Assembly: GCF_006345805.1 (NCBI RefSeq)
Contig: NC_043023.1
Span: 11,160,001 to 11,224,000, forward strand
DNA: 64,000 nucleotides
Source of the DNA: Octopus sinensis
Taxonomy: Eukaryota
Direction of reading: 5' to 3'
Under the pieces are notes generated by a model. That model worked only from the letters and a program-made list of their open reading frames with translations. It did not search any database and was not told the DNA's origin. Positions 22,468-33,339 of the stretch are shown here, one piece after another. A program made the translations under genes and the position numbers. How positions within the stretch are numbered: the stretch's first letter is position 1; each line of letters starts with the position of its first letter.

Positions 22468-22660
22468 TTACGGAGATGTACTTGCATAGCATGTGATTTG
22501 ATCTGAGATTGTGTGCTGGAATGAAAACAATTGCAGCGTGGAAGGTGTTTGTAAGGCATTTAAGAAACACACAAAAGCCGTTCGATTCACTTCAACATTT
22601 AAGTTTAATTTGTCAAAATATTTTCGTCGCTATGAGACCGCGACCTGTTCACTGACAAAA
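22468..22660 (-). mobile_element. Family F element (about 190 bp) beginning with a hammerhead-like motif
   Basis: Near-identical copy at 28836-29028 and an inverted pair at 60865-61186. Confidence 0.8.
22609..22659 (-). ncRNA. Putative type I hammerhead ribozyme variant (G3-C8 core)
   Basis: Minus strand: tttgtca-GTGAACA-g-gtcgc(ggtctcata)gcgac-GAAA-atat-T-T-tgacaaa, giving a 7-bp helix I, 5-bp helix II and palindromic helix III aatatt. Confidence 0.65.
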
Positions 22661-22831
22661 ATCCGTGTTTATTATTATTATTATTATATATATACACACA
22701 CACACACACATATATATATATATCTGCATTCATATATGATTTATACACACTTTTTGACAAGTTGTGGTGCACCTGAGCACTGTATACAATAATTTCATTA
22801 TTATTATAAATATATGTTCAGTTACGGTATA

Positions 22832-23752
22832 TTATTGAGAGAATGGTTTTGCTGTATGAATATATCTGTGTTTGGTTAAGTATTCTCTCCGAGAGAATGA
22901 TTTACCACAGATATCACACGGATATGGCTTCTCTCCTGTATGAATATATTTGTGTGTAGTTAAGTTACAACTCTGAGAGAACGACATACCGCAAACATCA
23001 CAGTGATAAGGTTTCTCTCCTGTGTGAATGCGTCTGTGAAGAAATAAGTTACTTTTCTGAGAGAATGATTTACCACAGACATCACAACAATATGGCTTCT
23101 CTTCTGTATGAATACGTTTGTGATTAGTTAAACTACTTCGTACAGAGAAAGATTTTCCACAGATATCACAGTAATATGGCTTCTCACCTGTATGAATACG
23201 TTTGTGAGTAATCATGACAGCTTTCTGAGAGAAGGATATTCCACAGATATCACAGCAATATGGCTTCTCCCCTGTGTGAATACGTTTGTGAGTAGTCATG
23301 GCTACTTTCTGACAGAATGATTTACCACAGATATCACAATGATATGGTTTCTCTCCTGTATGAACAGATTTGTGAGTCGTTAGGTTACGTACGTTGGAGA
23401 ACGATTTGTTACAGATATTACAATGATAGGGTCTCTCTCCCTTGTGAATACGCTTGTGAACAATTAGGTTACTTTGCTGAGAGAATGATTTACCACAGAT
23501 ATCGCAGTGATGTGGCTTTTCACCTGTATGAGTACGTATGTGATTAGTTAAGATATTCTTCTGATGAAATGATTTACCGCAGGTGCAACAGTGATATAGC
23601 TGTTCACCTGTTTGAATATGTTTGCGAACATTGAGATTTGCTTGATTATGGTATGACTTTTTACAGATATTACAAGGGTATGATAGTTTTTCTCTTTCTT
23701 TACTCATCTCTTCAGGACATAAGCCATCCTTTACATTTCTCACACGAGTCAT
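22832..23752 (-). CDS. C2H2 zinc-finger protein ZNF-3, 306 aa, 10 fingers (first degenerate)
   Basis: ATG at 23752 ([23 protein letters not shown]); the ORF-track start at 23773 is TTG. Confidence 0.92.
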   Translation of the reverse strand: MTRVRNVKDGLCPEEMSKEREKLSYPCNICKKSYHNQANLNVRKHIQTGEQLYHCCTCGKSFHQKNILTNHIRTHTGEKPHHCDICGKSFSQQSNLIVHKRIHKGERPYHCNICNKSFSNVRNLTTHKSVHTGEKPYHCDICGKSFCQKVAMTTHKRIHTGEKPYCCDICGISFSQKAVMITHKRIHTGEKPYYCDICGKSFSVRSSLTNHKRIHTEEKPYCCDVCGKSFSQKSNLFLHRRIHTGEKPYHCDVCGMSFSQSCNLTTHKYIHTGEKPYPCDICGKSFSRREYLTKHRYIHTAKPFSQ

Positions 23753-24290
23753 TGTTCCATATACCTTGTACAACCAAAAATTAGATCATATATAAAAAAA
23801 CCTAAGTTTATTTTTGAAGCACTGAAATTTATTGTAGTACAAGTAGAAAGGAATATTTCTTTTTTTCAACGCGTAAGTACTGATAAAATCCTTACAGAAC
23901 AGAAAAATCTGTCAACAACCAGCCATGAGATTTTATCCTATATATGCTGTTCTATCAGTACCAACGTGTTGAAAAAATATATCTTTCTTCTTATACTACA
24001 AATTATACTATATATATATATATATTATATTATATATATTATATATTATATTATATTATATTATATATTTCTTGTTTTCTTTTTTTACATATTTCTACAT
24101 TGTTTCAAAGACTTCTGCTATATTTCCAGCAAGTCTGATCTTTGTCAATATTTGAAGATGATACAACAAACATCCTTTGCGGATTTTTTCCAAGTTCAAA
24201 CAGGAGCTTTTGTAAATATTCAAAGTAATGAGGACAACAAACCTTGATATTAGTCCAGAAGAAATATTTCACAGCTATTCACCAAAAATA

Positions 24291-24583
24291 TCTTTATATA
24301 TAAAAGTAAGGTTTGTGTGTCTGTCTCCTACAATTTAGATTCATATCGAGCCCTTCTGGGTATTAGCGCGCATCTATGATGACTCTACGATTTTTTCGCT
24401 ATTATATAAGGGAAGTAACTCTCTAAAAATGTCTACGATGAGTCAACGATTAAAAAAAAATTTACCATCATTTTTTTTCCATTTTTAATGCACTTTTTTG
24501 CTATTTTTTGGCTATAACTCTCTAAAAATGCTTATATAGTTATTTCCCTTACAAACCCGAGCAACGCTGGGCCATACTGCTAG
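24291..24583 (+). mobile_element. Non-autonomous Helitron in the predicted 5' UTR of ZNF-3
   Basis: A|TCtttatatataaaag...cccgagcaacgctggg...CTAG|T. Confidence 0.85.
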
Positions 24584-24617
24584 TATTATATAAACAGGGT
24601 TATATTTGTCATTTATG

Positions 24618-24925
24618 TGGAGGCACAATGGCCCAGTGGTTAGGGCAGCGGACTCGCGGTCGTAGGGTTGCGGTTCAGATTCCCAGACCGAGCGTTGTGT
24701 GTGTTTATTGAGCGAAAACACCTAAAAGCTCCACGAGGCTCCGGCAGGGGGTGGTGATCCCTGCTGTACTCTTTCACCACTCTTTCTCTCACTCTTTCTT
24801 CAGTTGGCCTGCTTGCTTAGCCAGCGGGGTGGCGTCATTTGAAGGCTAAAACAATGCGAACGCATTGTGACCAGCGATGTGTAACAACATCTGATAGCCT
24901 GGTCGGTCACGGTGATCACGGTGAT
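24618..24925 (+). mobile_element. SINE family D, full length
   Basis: tRNA-like head ggaggcacaatggcccagtggttagggcagcggactcg...ggttcagattcc; tail (cacggtgat)2. Confidence 0.85.
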
Positions 24926-25144
24926 ATATGTCATTTATAACATCTTCCTCTTGTGTTCAAAAGATGATCAATATTCATAATGTATCTGGAGTAAGAATAT
25001 TTTTATGCCACTGACATCTGATATTCTGAAACGATACAGAAACAGTAGAAGATATAGGAAATACTTAAAAAGCAAAGATTCAACTATAAAGGTATTAGAT
25101 TTTTACAATGATAAACTATGGATATAAACTGTTACCTGAATAAT

Positions 25145-25316
25145 GAGAGTTCAAGTGGCTGTGTGAAGGTAAATAGCTTGCTTACCAACCACATGGTTCC
25201 GGGTTCAGTCCCACTGCGTGACACCTTGGGCAAGTGTCTTCTACTTATAGCTCGGGCCTACCAAAGCCTTGTGAGTGGATTTGGTAGACGGAAACTGAAA
25301 GCCCGTCGTATATATG

Positions 25317-25367
<51 letters not shown>

Positions 25368-25398
25368 CTCGAATTAATATTATATATATATATATATA

Positions 25399-25443
<45 letters not shown>

Positions 25444-25684
25444 GTATATATATATATATGTATATATATATATGTATATATATATATATGTATATATATA
25501 TATGTATATATATATATGTATATATATATATGTATATATATATATATGTATATATATATGTGTATATATATATGTGTATATATATATGTATATATATATA
25601 TGTATATATATATGTATATATATATATGTATATATATATGTATATATATATGTGTATATATATATATGTATATATATATATATG

Positions 25685-25718
<34 letters not shown>

Positions 25719-25905
25719 CGTGTACGTTTGTGTGTCTGTTTGTCCCCCACAACATCGCTGGACAACCGATGCTGGTGTGTTAACGTCCCCGTAACTTAGC
25801 AGTTCGGCAAAGAGACCGATAGAATAAGTATTAGGCATACAAAGAATAAGTCCTGGCGGTGCTCCAGCATGGTCACAGTCACATGACTGAAACAAGTAAA
25901 AGAGA
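25145..25905 (+). mobile_element. Composite SINE A+C with an expanded internal microsatellite
   Basis: A head at 25145-25310, C body at 25735-25905. Confidence 0.85.
25312..25720. repeat. Compound (CA)n/(TA)n/(TATATG)n/(TG)n microsatellite, about 400 bp
   Basis: Direct reading; it is the source of the YIYI-type spurious ORFs. Confidence 0.97.
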
Positions 25906-26187
25906 AATTATATTATACAAACTTGTGTAATGTCTACATATACAAGACTTCGGCTCCTCTGCTTTCAGATATTAGGAAAATATTGAACAAAATATTGGAC
26001 CATAACGTTGTACTATCTTAGGAAACGTCAGAAGTCGTTGTTTAGCCCAAGGCCATATCTGAGTGAGCAAACCTATTAATGAAATTAGGCTGTGTTCACG
26101 ACTGTTACGACATGTATAACAGATCAAACAAACTTAACTACACTTCAGTCACCAATCCAATACACTTTTCGTTTTGTAACTTTCGTA

Positions 26188-26354
26188 GAGTGGCTGTGTG
26201 GTAAGTAGCTTGCTAACCAACCACATGGTTCCGGGTTCAGTCCCACTGCGTAGCATCTTGGGCAAGTGTCTTCTTCTGCTATAGCCCCGGGCCGACCAAT
26301 GCCTTGTGAGTGGATTTGGTAGACGGAAACTGAAAGAAGCCTGTCGTATATATG

Positions 26355-26389
<35 letters not shown>

Positions 26390-26590
26390 TTGTGTGTCTG
26401 TGTTTGTCCCCCTAGCATTGCTTGACAACCGATGCTGGTGTGTTTACGTCCCCGTCACTTAGCGGTTCGGCAAAAGAGACCAATAGAATAAGTACTGGGC
26501 TTACGGAGAATAAGTACCGGGGTCGATTTGCTCGACTAAATGCGGTGCTCCAGCATGGCCGCAGTCAAATGACTGAAACAAGTAAAAGAG
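26188..26590 (+). mobile_element. Composite SINE A+C
   Basis: Full family structure ending aagtaaaagag. Confidence 0.9.
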
Positions 26591-26593
26591 TAT

Positions 26594-27075
26594 ATAGAAT
26601 GGTTGTCTACTGTCAATCTAACATGAACGTGACAGTAGGGGGTTACACCACCGCTGTTTAGCTCTAGGAAGCATCGACACCTCCTGATGGCTTTGAAACA
26701 TTTTTCCTGTGTCCTTATTTACATTTACGAAGGGGAGACAAACACCCACAGCAGCCAGGGCTGCATCTAGAGACACACGTGTTTCAGGATATCTAATTTC
26801 AGATATATACATTTGCGAGTCGAGGCAGATATCAACAGCTGACTGGTGTCTGCTACTCTAGACTGACGAAGGACAATGATCCTGAAACACGCGTGTCTCT
26901 AGATGCAGCCCTGGCGGCTGGTGGTGTTTGTTTCCCCTTCGTAAATGTATATAAGGACACAGGAAAAATGTGTCAAAGCCATCAGGAGGCGTCGATGCTT
27001 CCTAGGGCTAAACAGCGGTGGTGTACCCCCCTACTGTCACGTTCATGTTAGATTGACAGTAGACAACCATTCTAT
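26594..27075. mobile_element. Head-to-head inverted-repeat element (197-bp arms, 88-bp spacer) carrying a hammerhead; Penelope/retrozyme-like
   Basis: 26594-26790 is the near-perfect reverse complement of 26879-27075. Confidence 0.8.
26857..26903 (+). ncRNA. Type I hammerhead ribozyme, minimal, predicted GUC cleavage after 26897
   Basis: tctaga-CTGACGA-agga(caatga)tcct-GAAA-cacgcgtg-TC-tctaga; all core positions match the consensus and helix III is palindromic. Confidence 0.88.
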
Positions 27076-27229
27076 TGCCCCACCACCGTACATATCTCTA
27101 CGAGAGATTTAGAAATTTAATATTTCTTACATATATATATCTTTTAAAGAAATATTGCAGTCATACGTTTTGAAAGTGTAGATCACAAATACGTTTTCGA
27201 TATTAATTTTTTTTTTCTTTCTTTTCCAG

Positions 27230-27364
27230 TTTTGATTTAGCATGGCCATGAAAATGCACTACATTTTAAATTTCTTCTATGACGAAAGTAAAGAATATGT
27301 AAAGATAGGTTTAGGTTAGCATTTTTGTTAGGCCTTAACGGGTGGTGTACGTATTCTTTACCTC
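27230..27364. repeat. Left member of an inverted-repeat pair with 29467-29640 (48-bp perfect core; ttaggg-like tract)
   Basis: tagcatttttgttaggccttaacgggtggtgtacgtattctttacctc is the reverse complement of 29467-29514. Confidence 0.8.
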
Positions 27365-27386
27365 CGCTTCTTTGATTACAGTAGAT

Positions 27387-27587
27387 CAGTGCTTTTCAAC
27401 CTTTTTGCTGGAGCAGAACCCCAAGGAAACATTCCACTGGCTCAAGGAACCATTGTGCAATAATTTAATTGTCTTATGCACACATATCTACACAGGAGAA
27501 TAAAAAATTACTGTCGATTTTAGCAGTTTTGTAACTTCTTGCGGAACCCCTGGACTGTACTGGCGGAACCCTTGTTGAAAACCACTG
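27387..27587. mobile_element. hAT-type MITE, 201 bp
   Basis: TIRs cagtgcttttcaac / gttgaaaaccactg and 8-bp TSD cagtagat on both sides. Confidence 0.92.
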
Positions 27588-27703
27588 CAGTAGATATTCT
27601 ATTTTCTGATTCTGTCCACTCAAAGCCATCTATTGTTTTATCATTTACAACATATCTCTATTTGCTGTTGCTGAGTCTGTGTAGTCAAATCTATCGTGTA
27701 TGC

Positions 27704-28624
27704 AAGCTGGCAGAGTCGTTAGCACGCCGGGCGAAATGCGTAGCTGTATTTTGTTTGCTGTTACGTTCTGGGTTCAAATTCCGCCGAGGTCGACTTTGCC
27801 TTTCATCCTTTCGTGGTCTATAAATTAAGTACCAGTTACGCACTGGGGTTGATGTAATCGACTTAATCCGTTTGTCTGTCCTTGTTTGTCCCCCTCTGTA
27901 TTTAGCCCCTTGTGGGTAATAAAGAAATAGGTATTTCGTCTGCTGCTATGTTCTGGGTTCAAATTCCGCCAAGGTCGACTTTGCCTTTCATCCTTTCAGG
28001 GTCTATAAATTAAGTACCAGTTACGCACTGAGGTTGATGTAATCGACTTAATCCGTTTGTCCCCCTCTGTATTTAGCCCCTTGTGGGTATAAAGAAATAG
28101 GTATTTCGTCTGCTGCTATGTTCTGAGTTCAAATTCCGCCAAGGTCGACTTTGCCTTTCATCCTTTCAGGGTCTATAAATTAAGTACCAGTTACGCACTG
28201 AGGTTGATGTAATCGACTTAATCCGTTTGTCCCCCTCTGTATTTAGCCCCTTGTGGGTAATAAAGAAATAGGTATTTCGTCTGCTGCTATGTTCTGAGTT
28301 CAAATTCCGCCAAGGTCGACTTTGCCTTTCATCCTTTCAGGGTCTATAAATTAAGTACCAGTTACGCACTGAGGTTGATGTAATCGACTTAATCCGTTTG
28401 TCCCCCTCTGTATTTAGCCCCTTGTGGGTAATAAAGAAATAGGTATTTCGTCTGCTGCTATGTTCTGGGTTCAAATTCTGCCGAGGTCGACTTTGCCTTT
28501 CATCCTTTCGGGGTCAATAAATTAAGTACCAGTTACGCACTGGGGTTGATGTAATCGACTTAATTCGTTGTCTGTCCTTTTTTGTCCCCTCTATGTTTAG
28601 CCCCTTGTGGGTAGTAAAGAAATA
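27704..28624 (+). mobile_element. SINE B head-to-tail pentamer (periods 185, 170, 171, 171 bp)
   Basis: One head, then four junctions aaagaaata|ggtatttcgtctgc; flanks tatcgtgtat / tatcttgtat resemble a TSD. Confidence 0.92.
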
Positions 28625-28835
28625 TATCTTGTATAATAGCGGTGTCATTAGTCACATGTCTCAGTCGGATATTTGTATTTTATGTTGTAGATAATTATTT
28701 ATTCTCAGGAGCTTAAAGTCTACATAACTATAAACGTGAATCCTTTTAACAAAATAAACAGCAAATAGAGATATGTAGCAAATGATAAAACAATAGACGG
28801 CTTTGAGTGGACACAAACAGCAAATAGACTATCTA

Positions 28836-29028
28836 TTACGGAGATGTACTTGCGTAGCAAGTGATCTGATCTGAGATCGTGTGCTGAAACGAAAATAATT
28901 GCAGCGTGGAAGGTGTTTATAAGCCATTTAAGAAACACACAAAAGCCGTTCGATTCACTTCAACATCTAAGTTTAATTTGTCAAAATATTTTCGTCGCTT
29001 TAAGACCGCGACCTGTTCACTGACAAAA
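28836..29028 (-). mobile_element. Family F element, second copy (ZNF-3 intron)
   Basis: Near-identical to 22468-22660. Confidence 0.8.
28977..29027 (-). ncRNA. Putative hammerhead variant (G3-C8), second intact copy
   Basis: tttgtca-GTGAACA-g-gtcgc(ggtcttaaa)gcgac-GAAA-atat-T-T-tgacaaa; differences from copy 1 lie only in loop II. Confidence 0.65.
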
Positions 29029-29069
29029 TTCCATGCTGCATCTGAGAAAGTAACAGTTAGTTCGTTATA

Positions 29070-29365
29070 TATATGTACGTATGTATGTGTGTATGTATTA
29101 TGCACGCATGTATGCATGCATGCATGTATGTACGTACGTACGCATGTGTGTATGTATGTACGTATGTATGTGTGTATGTATGTATGTATGATGTATGTAT
29201 GTATGTATGTATGTGTGTATGTATGTATGCACGCATGCATGTATGTACGTATGTACGCATGTGTGTATGTCTGTATGATGTATGTACGTATGTATGTGTG
29301 TACGCATGTATGCATGCATGTATGTATGCGTGTATGTTTGTATGTGTGTATATGCACGCACACAC
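29070..29365. repeat. Degenerate (TATG/CATG/TACG)n microsatellite
   Basis: Direct reading. Confidence 0.95.
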
Positions 29366-29785
29366 AATAAACTTAAAGCTATAAACCTGTAGTGATGGAT
29401 AGGTGTAGACTGACCACTCATTACAACAATATCATTTGTACAATATCTATTGTTATCAAAGAATTTGAGGTAAAGAATACGTACACCACCCGTTAAGGCC
29501 TAACAAAAATGCTAAACCTAATTCCTAACCCTAAACCCCAAACCTAACTTTAAACACCCAGTATACGTATTCTTTATTTTCGCCATAGAATAAATTTAAA
29601 TTATAGTGCTTTTTCATGATCATGCCAAATCAAATCCAGATTTTCCTTGCATAAGTCATAAAGTTTATGGAAGAATAAAATAGCGATCTCAGACTAGAAA
29701 CATTTAAAACTTTCACTTTATCTGCAGTTTGCAGTTAGCCCGGTTCCTCGGCTTCTACTAAGTATAAAATATGTATTATATCTTA

Positions 29786-29900
29786 CCTGTTATATGATAA
29801 ATAAATCAGAATTTGATGTGAAATATCTTTAATTACTCAAAGCGAGAAATATAATTGCAAGACACTTCAAAAAACCGACACGGAAAGTCAACGAAAGGAA
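29786..29900 (-). promoter_or_regulatory. Putative first exon and donor of ZNF-3 (intron 25026-29786)
   Basis: aaaaaaccgacacgg motif, acag|gtaagat donor; acceptor homolog at 25026. Confidence 0.6.
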
Positions 29901-30295
29901 CTCATAATCCGCATGTTGTGTATCTCGCATTTTTACTTATACGTCGGATGCTAAAATTAAGGCGGCCAATTTTTTAATTTTTTTATTACTATAATTATAT
30001 TTTGAAAATGTGAATTGTAAGAAAAAGATCCGAATGATAACAAAAGAAACAAAATTAAAATTTCATTGGTTATTTTAAAGTCTACTTCTAATTTTACCGT
30101 AGCCTGTTATAGGGACGCAAAGAAACCAACACCGTTTGTGAGGCAGTGGTGAAGGGGCAAACACGAAGGCGCGTATGTATATGTTTCTTTCAAAAGTGTT
30201 GGAAAACCACCGTTAGTTTGTTTACATTCTTTAGTTGTCTCGCGAAAGAGTCGGTTATATAACTACGAGACAATGATTGCTCGTAGATAAAATAT

Positions 30296-30640
30296 ATGTT
30301 TCTTTATTACCCACAAGGAGTTAAACATAGAGGGGACAAACAAGGACAGACAAACGAATTAAGTCGACCTCGGCGGAATTTGAACCCAGAATGTAACGAC
30401 AGACGAAATACCTATTTTTTTATTACCCACAAGGGGCTAAATATAGAGGGGACAAACAAGGACAGACAAACGAATTAAGTCGATTACATTGACCTCAGTG
30501 CGTAACTGGTACTTAATTTATCGACCTCGAAAGGATGAAAGGCAAAGTCGACCTCGGCGGAATTTGAACCCAGAATGTAACGGCAGACGAAATACGGCTA
30601 CGTATTTCGTCCGGCGTGCTAACATTTCTGCCAGCTCGCC
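30296..30640 (-). mobile_element. SINE B dimer (second unit internally deleted), with TSD cgtagataaaatata
   Basis: Same aaata|ggtatttcgtctg junction at about 30410; 15-bp flanking direct repeat. Confidence 0.85.
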
Positions 30641-31794
30641 TCGTAGATAAAATATAGTGGGGATGCTGCTTCAGAAAATTTCCAGCCATTGTTTTAATAT
30701 TGTGTAAAATATTCTTTTCTCTCTCTCCCTCATATTCCTCATCAATCCATGTCAACTTTTGTATGGTTTCCACAGCTGGATGCCCTTCTTAGCTCTAACA
30801 ACTTTACAGTGTGTACTGGGTGCTTGTTTCTTGCTACCAGCTCTCGTGTGGAGTTGCCAAGTAACTTGTAGGACACAAAAGGGATCTTTACCTTTTGACC
30901 TACACATTCAAAAATAATTTTTTGTAACTAAACACTTTCAAACTTTGGACACTGGTAGAATGTGTCATATAAAACATCTTTTACTCTTAGCATTTTTGAG
31001 AAAAACTTATATTTACGAAGTAATTTCACGTTAAAGTTCTCGTATTTCGATAATTTCAACCAATCAATGACGTGTATTCAGCTGAATAAAATTACTGCTG
31101 TTTGTCAACAACACCTATCGGCGGTGTATTTTTTGTTTGTCACTGTTATTTATGGCATTGTTCGTGCGTTTGTACAGGTTTTAAGGTTTTAGGGATAGGA
31201 GGTTAGGGTTGTCATAAATAACAGTGAAAAACGAAATTTTTTTTTGGCAAAAACCCCTGTTTTCGGATACAGAGAGGTTCTGGAAATTTGCCAAAAATTG
31301 GTATTGTTAAATTCCATCACCCCACAAATTCTTCAATTTTGACTTTTTCCCCCAACACTAACTGTGACTCTAACCCTAAAACCCTAACCATAACCGTAAC
31401 TACAGAAATGTTTTGAAACTTTTATTCAAATCATAATGTCCGTATTTTTCCGCATATATATAAAAAAAAAAAAATTCTTAAAAAGTATTTTGCAAAAAAT
31501 TTTTGGAAATTGTTTTCAGAATCTCTGTATTTTTCCGCATATTTTGAAAAAAAAAATTCTGAAACAAAAGTCAAAAATGAAGGAAATTGGGTCGGGGTAG
31601 GTAATTTAAAAATGCCGATTTTTGCCAATTTTTTTTTGCAGATTCCTATTCTCCGTGTCGAAAAAAATTTTTAAGGGTGGTGTTTGGGGACGGGCGAAAG
31701 TCTTGTCAAATTATCGCTTAGAAAAAAAAAAAAGAAGATTAGTATTCGCCAAATGTGTAATGAATGACACAAGATACACAATATCCGGATTGTT

Positions 31795-31921
31795 AGTTCG
31801 TTTCGTTGACTCTCCGTGTCGGATTTTTGAATTGTCTTCAAATTATATTTCCCCGGTAGATCGCTCCTTGATGTAATTAAATCTACTTCACATTAAACAC
31901 TGATTTATATATCATAACAGG
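31795..31921 (+). promoter_or_regulatory. Putative first exon and donor of ZNF-4 (intron 31921-34362)
   Basis: ccgtgtcggatttttgaa motif, acag|gtaagat donor; tttcag acceptor at 34362. Confidence 0.6.
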
Positions 31922-32050
31922 TAAGATATAATACATATTTAATTTTTTGTAAAAGTCAGTGAACCTGGCTAATTGGAAACTCCAGACAATATGAAAGTTC
32001 TTAGTCAGATCGGTGTTGTGGTGCACCTGAGCACTGTATACAATAATTTC

Positions 32051-32087
<37 letters not shown>

Positions 32088-32768
32088 CTGTTCTGAGTAA
32101 GAGCGATTTCACTTCATCCCTCGTATTCAGCTACCTGGTATAACTTGAAAATCCCTTTTCAGATACCAAGGAGTAGAACGAAGTCGATTTTCAACAACCT
32201 CGAGTGGTACTTTTAAATCGGTTTCTTCCTACCTCGTGTTCGATACCCCGTTAGTAAATAAAATGAATTAATATTATTATTTGGTATTCCTTCGATATAA
32301 CTCGACAAAATCAAAACATTTCACTTCGGGTATTTCCGTGGGTTGTGGAGTATAGATATAACGAAATTATGCCAGCAATGTCTCATCTTAAACTTGAAGA
32401 AAAAAAGCCGTTGCATATTTGTTCTTAGCTGTTCCACGTGTGTCTGTAAAATCCGCAAATTTCCAAGCAGAAAACGGAATCGAACTATTATTTGCTTCCA
32501 CGGAAATACCCGAATTGAAGTGTTTTGATTTTGTCGAGTTATATCGAAAGAATACGTACGAAAACAAAAGCATGAATGATAAAGGCGACTTCCGTGGAAT
32601 TTGAACTCACAACGGACGAAATGCCATTAAGCGATGTGTTCGGAGTGCTAGCAAATCTGCCAACACGTTACATTACTGATTGTTATTATTATAACTACCA
32701 ATAAATGTATGAACAATTTGTTTCACACAAACACGTGCGCGCATATATGTATGTATGTGTATATCTCT

Positions 32769-33110
32769 ACTCTTTTACTTGTTTCAGTCATTTGACTGTG
32801 GCCATGCTGGAGCACCGCCTTTAGTCGAGCAAATCGACCCCAGGACTTATTATTTGTAAGCCCAGTACTTATTCTATCGGTCTCTTTTGCCGAACCGCTA
32901 GGTTTACTCTTTTACTTGTTTCAGTCATTTGACTGCGGCCATGCTGGAGCACCGCCTTTAGTCGAGCAAATCGATCCCAGGACTTATTCTTTGTAAGCCT
33001 AGTACTTATTCTATCGGTCTGTTTTGCCGAACAGCTAATTGACGGGGACGTAAACACACCAGCATCGGTTGTCAAGCAATGCTAGGGGGACAAACACAGA
33101 CACACAAATA
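32769..33110 (-). mobile_element. SINE C body with a partial tandem duplication
   Basis: actcttttacttgtttcagtcatttgactg at 32769 and 32906. Confidence 0.85.
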
Positions 33111-33278
33111 TGTCGAAAGTAAAAGTATTTGATTGATACCTGCATTAAACAACATATATATATAGTTTACATTTAACGTTTATATTTCCAATGATTTGAT
33201 TTCACTTTTTCAATATCAGTGTCAATCGACACTGGAAAAAGTATATGTATTTGTGAGGGAAACTGAATTCTCGACAAC

Positions 33279-33339
33279 TATGATTGTCACACGCTGATGA
33301 TAGGTAAACACCTTGAAACTCGAGTCCGTGTGTATCATA
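33279..33339 (+). ncRNA. Type I hammerhead ribozyme in the ZNF-4 intron, sense orientation; predicted GUC cleavage after 33326
   Basis: tatgat-tgt-cacacg-CTGATGA-t-aggt(aaac)acct-t-GAAA-ctcgag-TC-cgtgtg-t-atcata; the helix II closing pair is U.U. Confidence 0.8.

Noticed and set aside
25118-25895. Long ORFs of YIYIY/CVCV/THTH peptides (also 28906-29421 and 57417-57815)
   Set aside because: Translations of stop-free microsatellites, not genes.
27704-28624. Regular array that could be mistaken for a CRISPR array or tRNA cluster
   Set aside because: Units are about 170-bp SINE bodies with no unique spacers, no cas genes and no complete cloverleaf; the context is eukaryotic.
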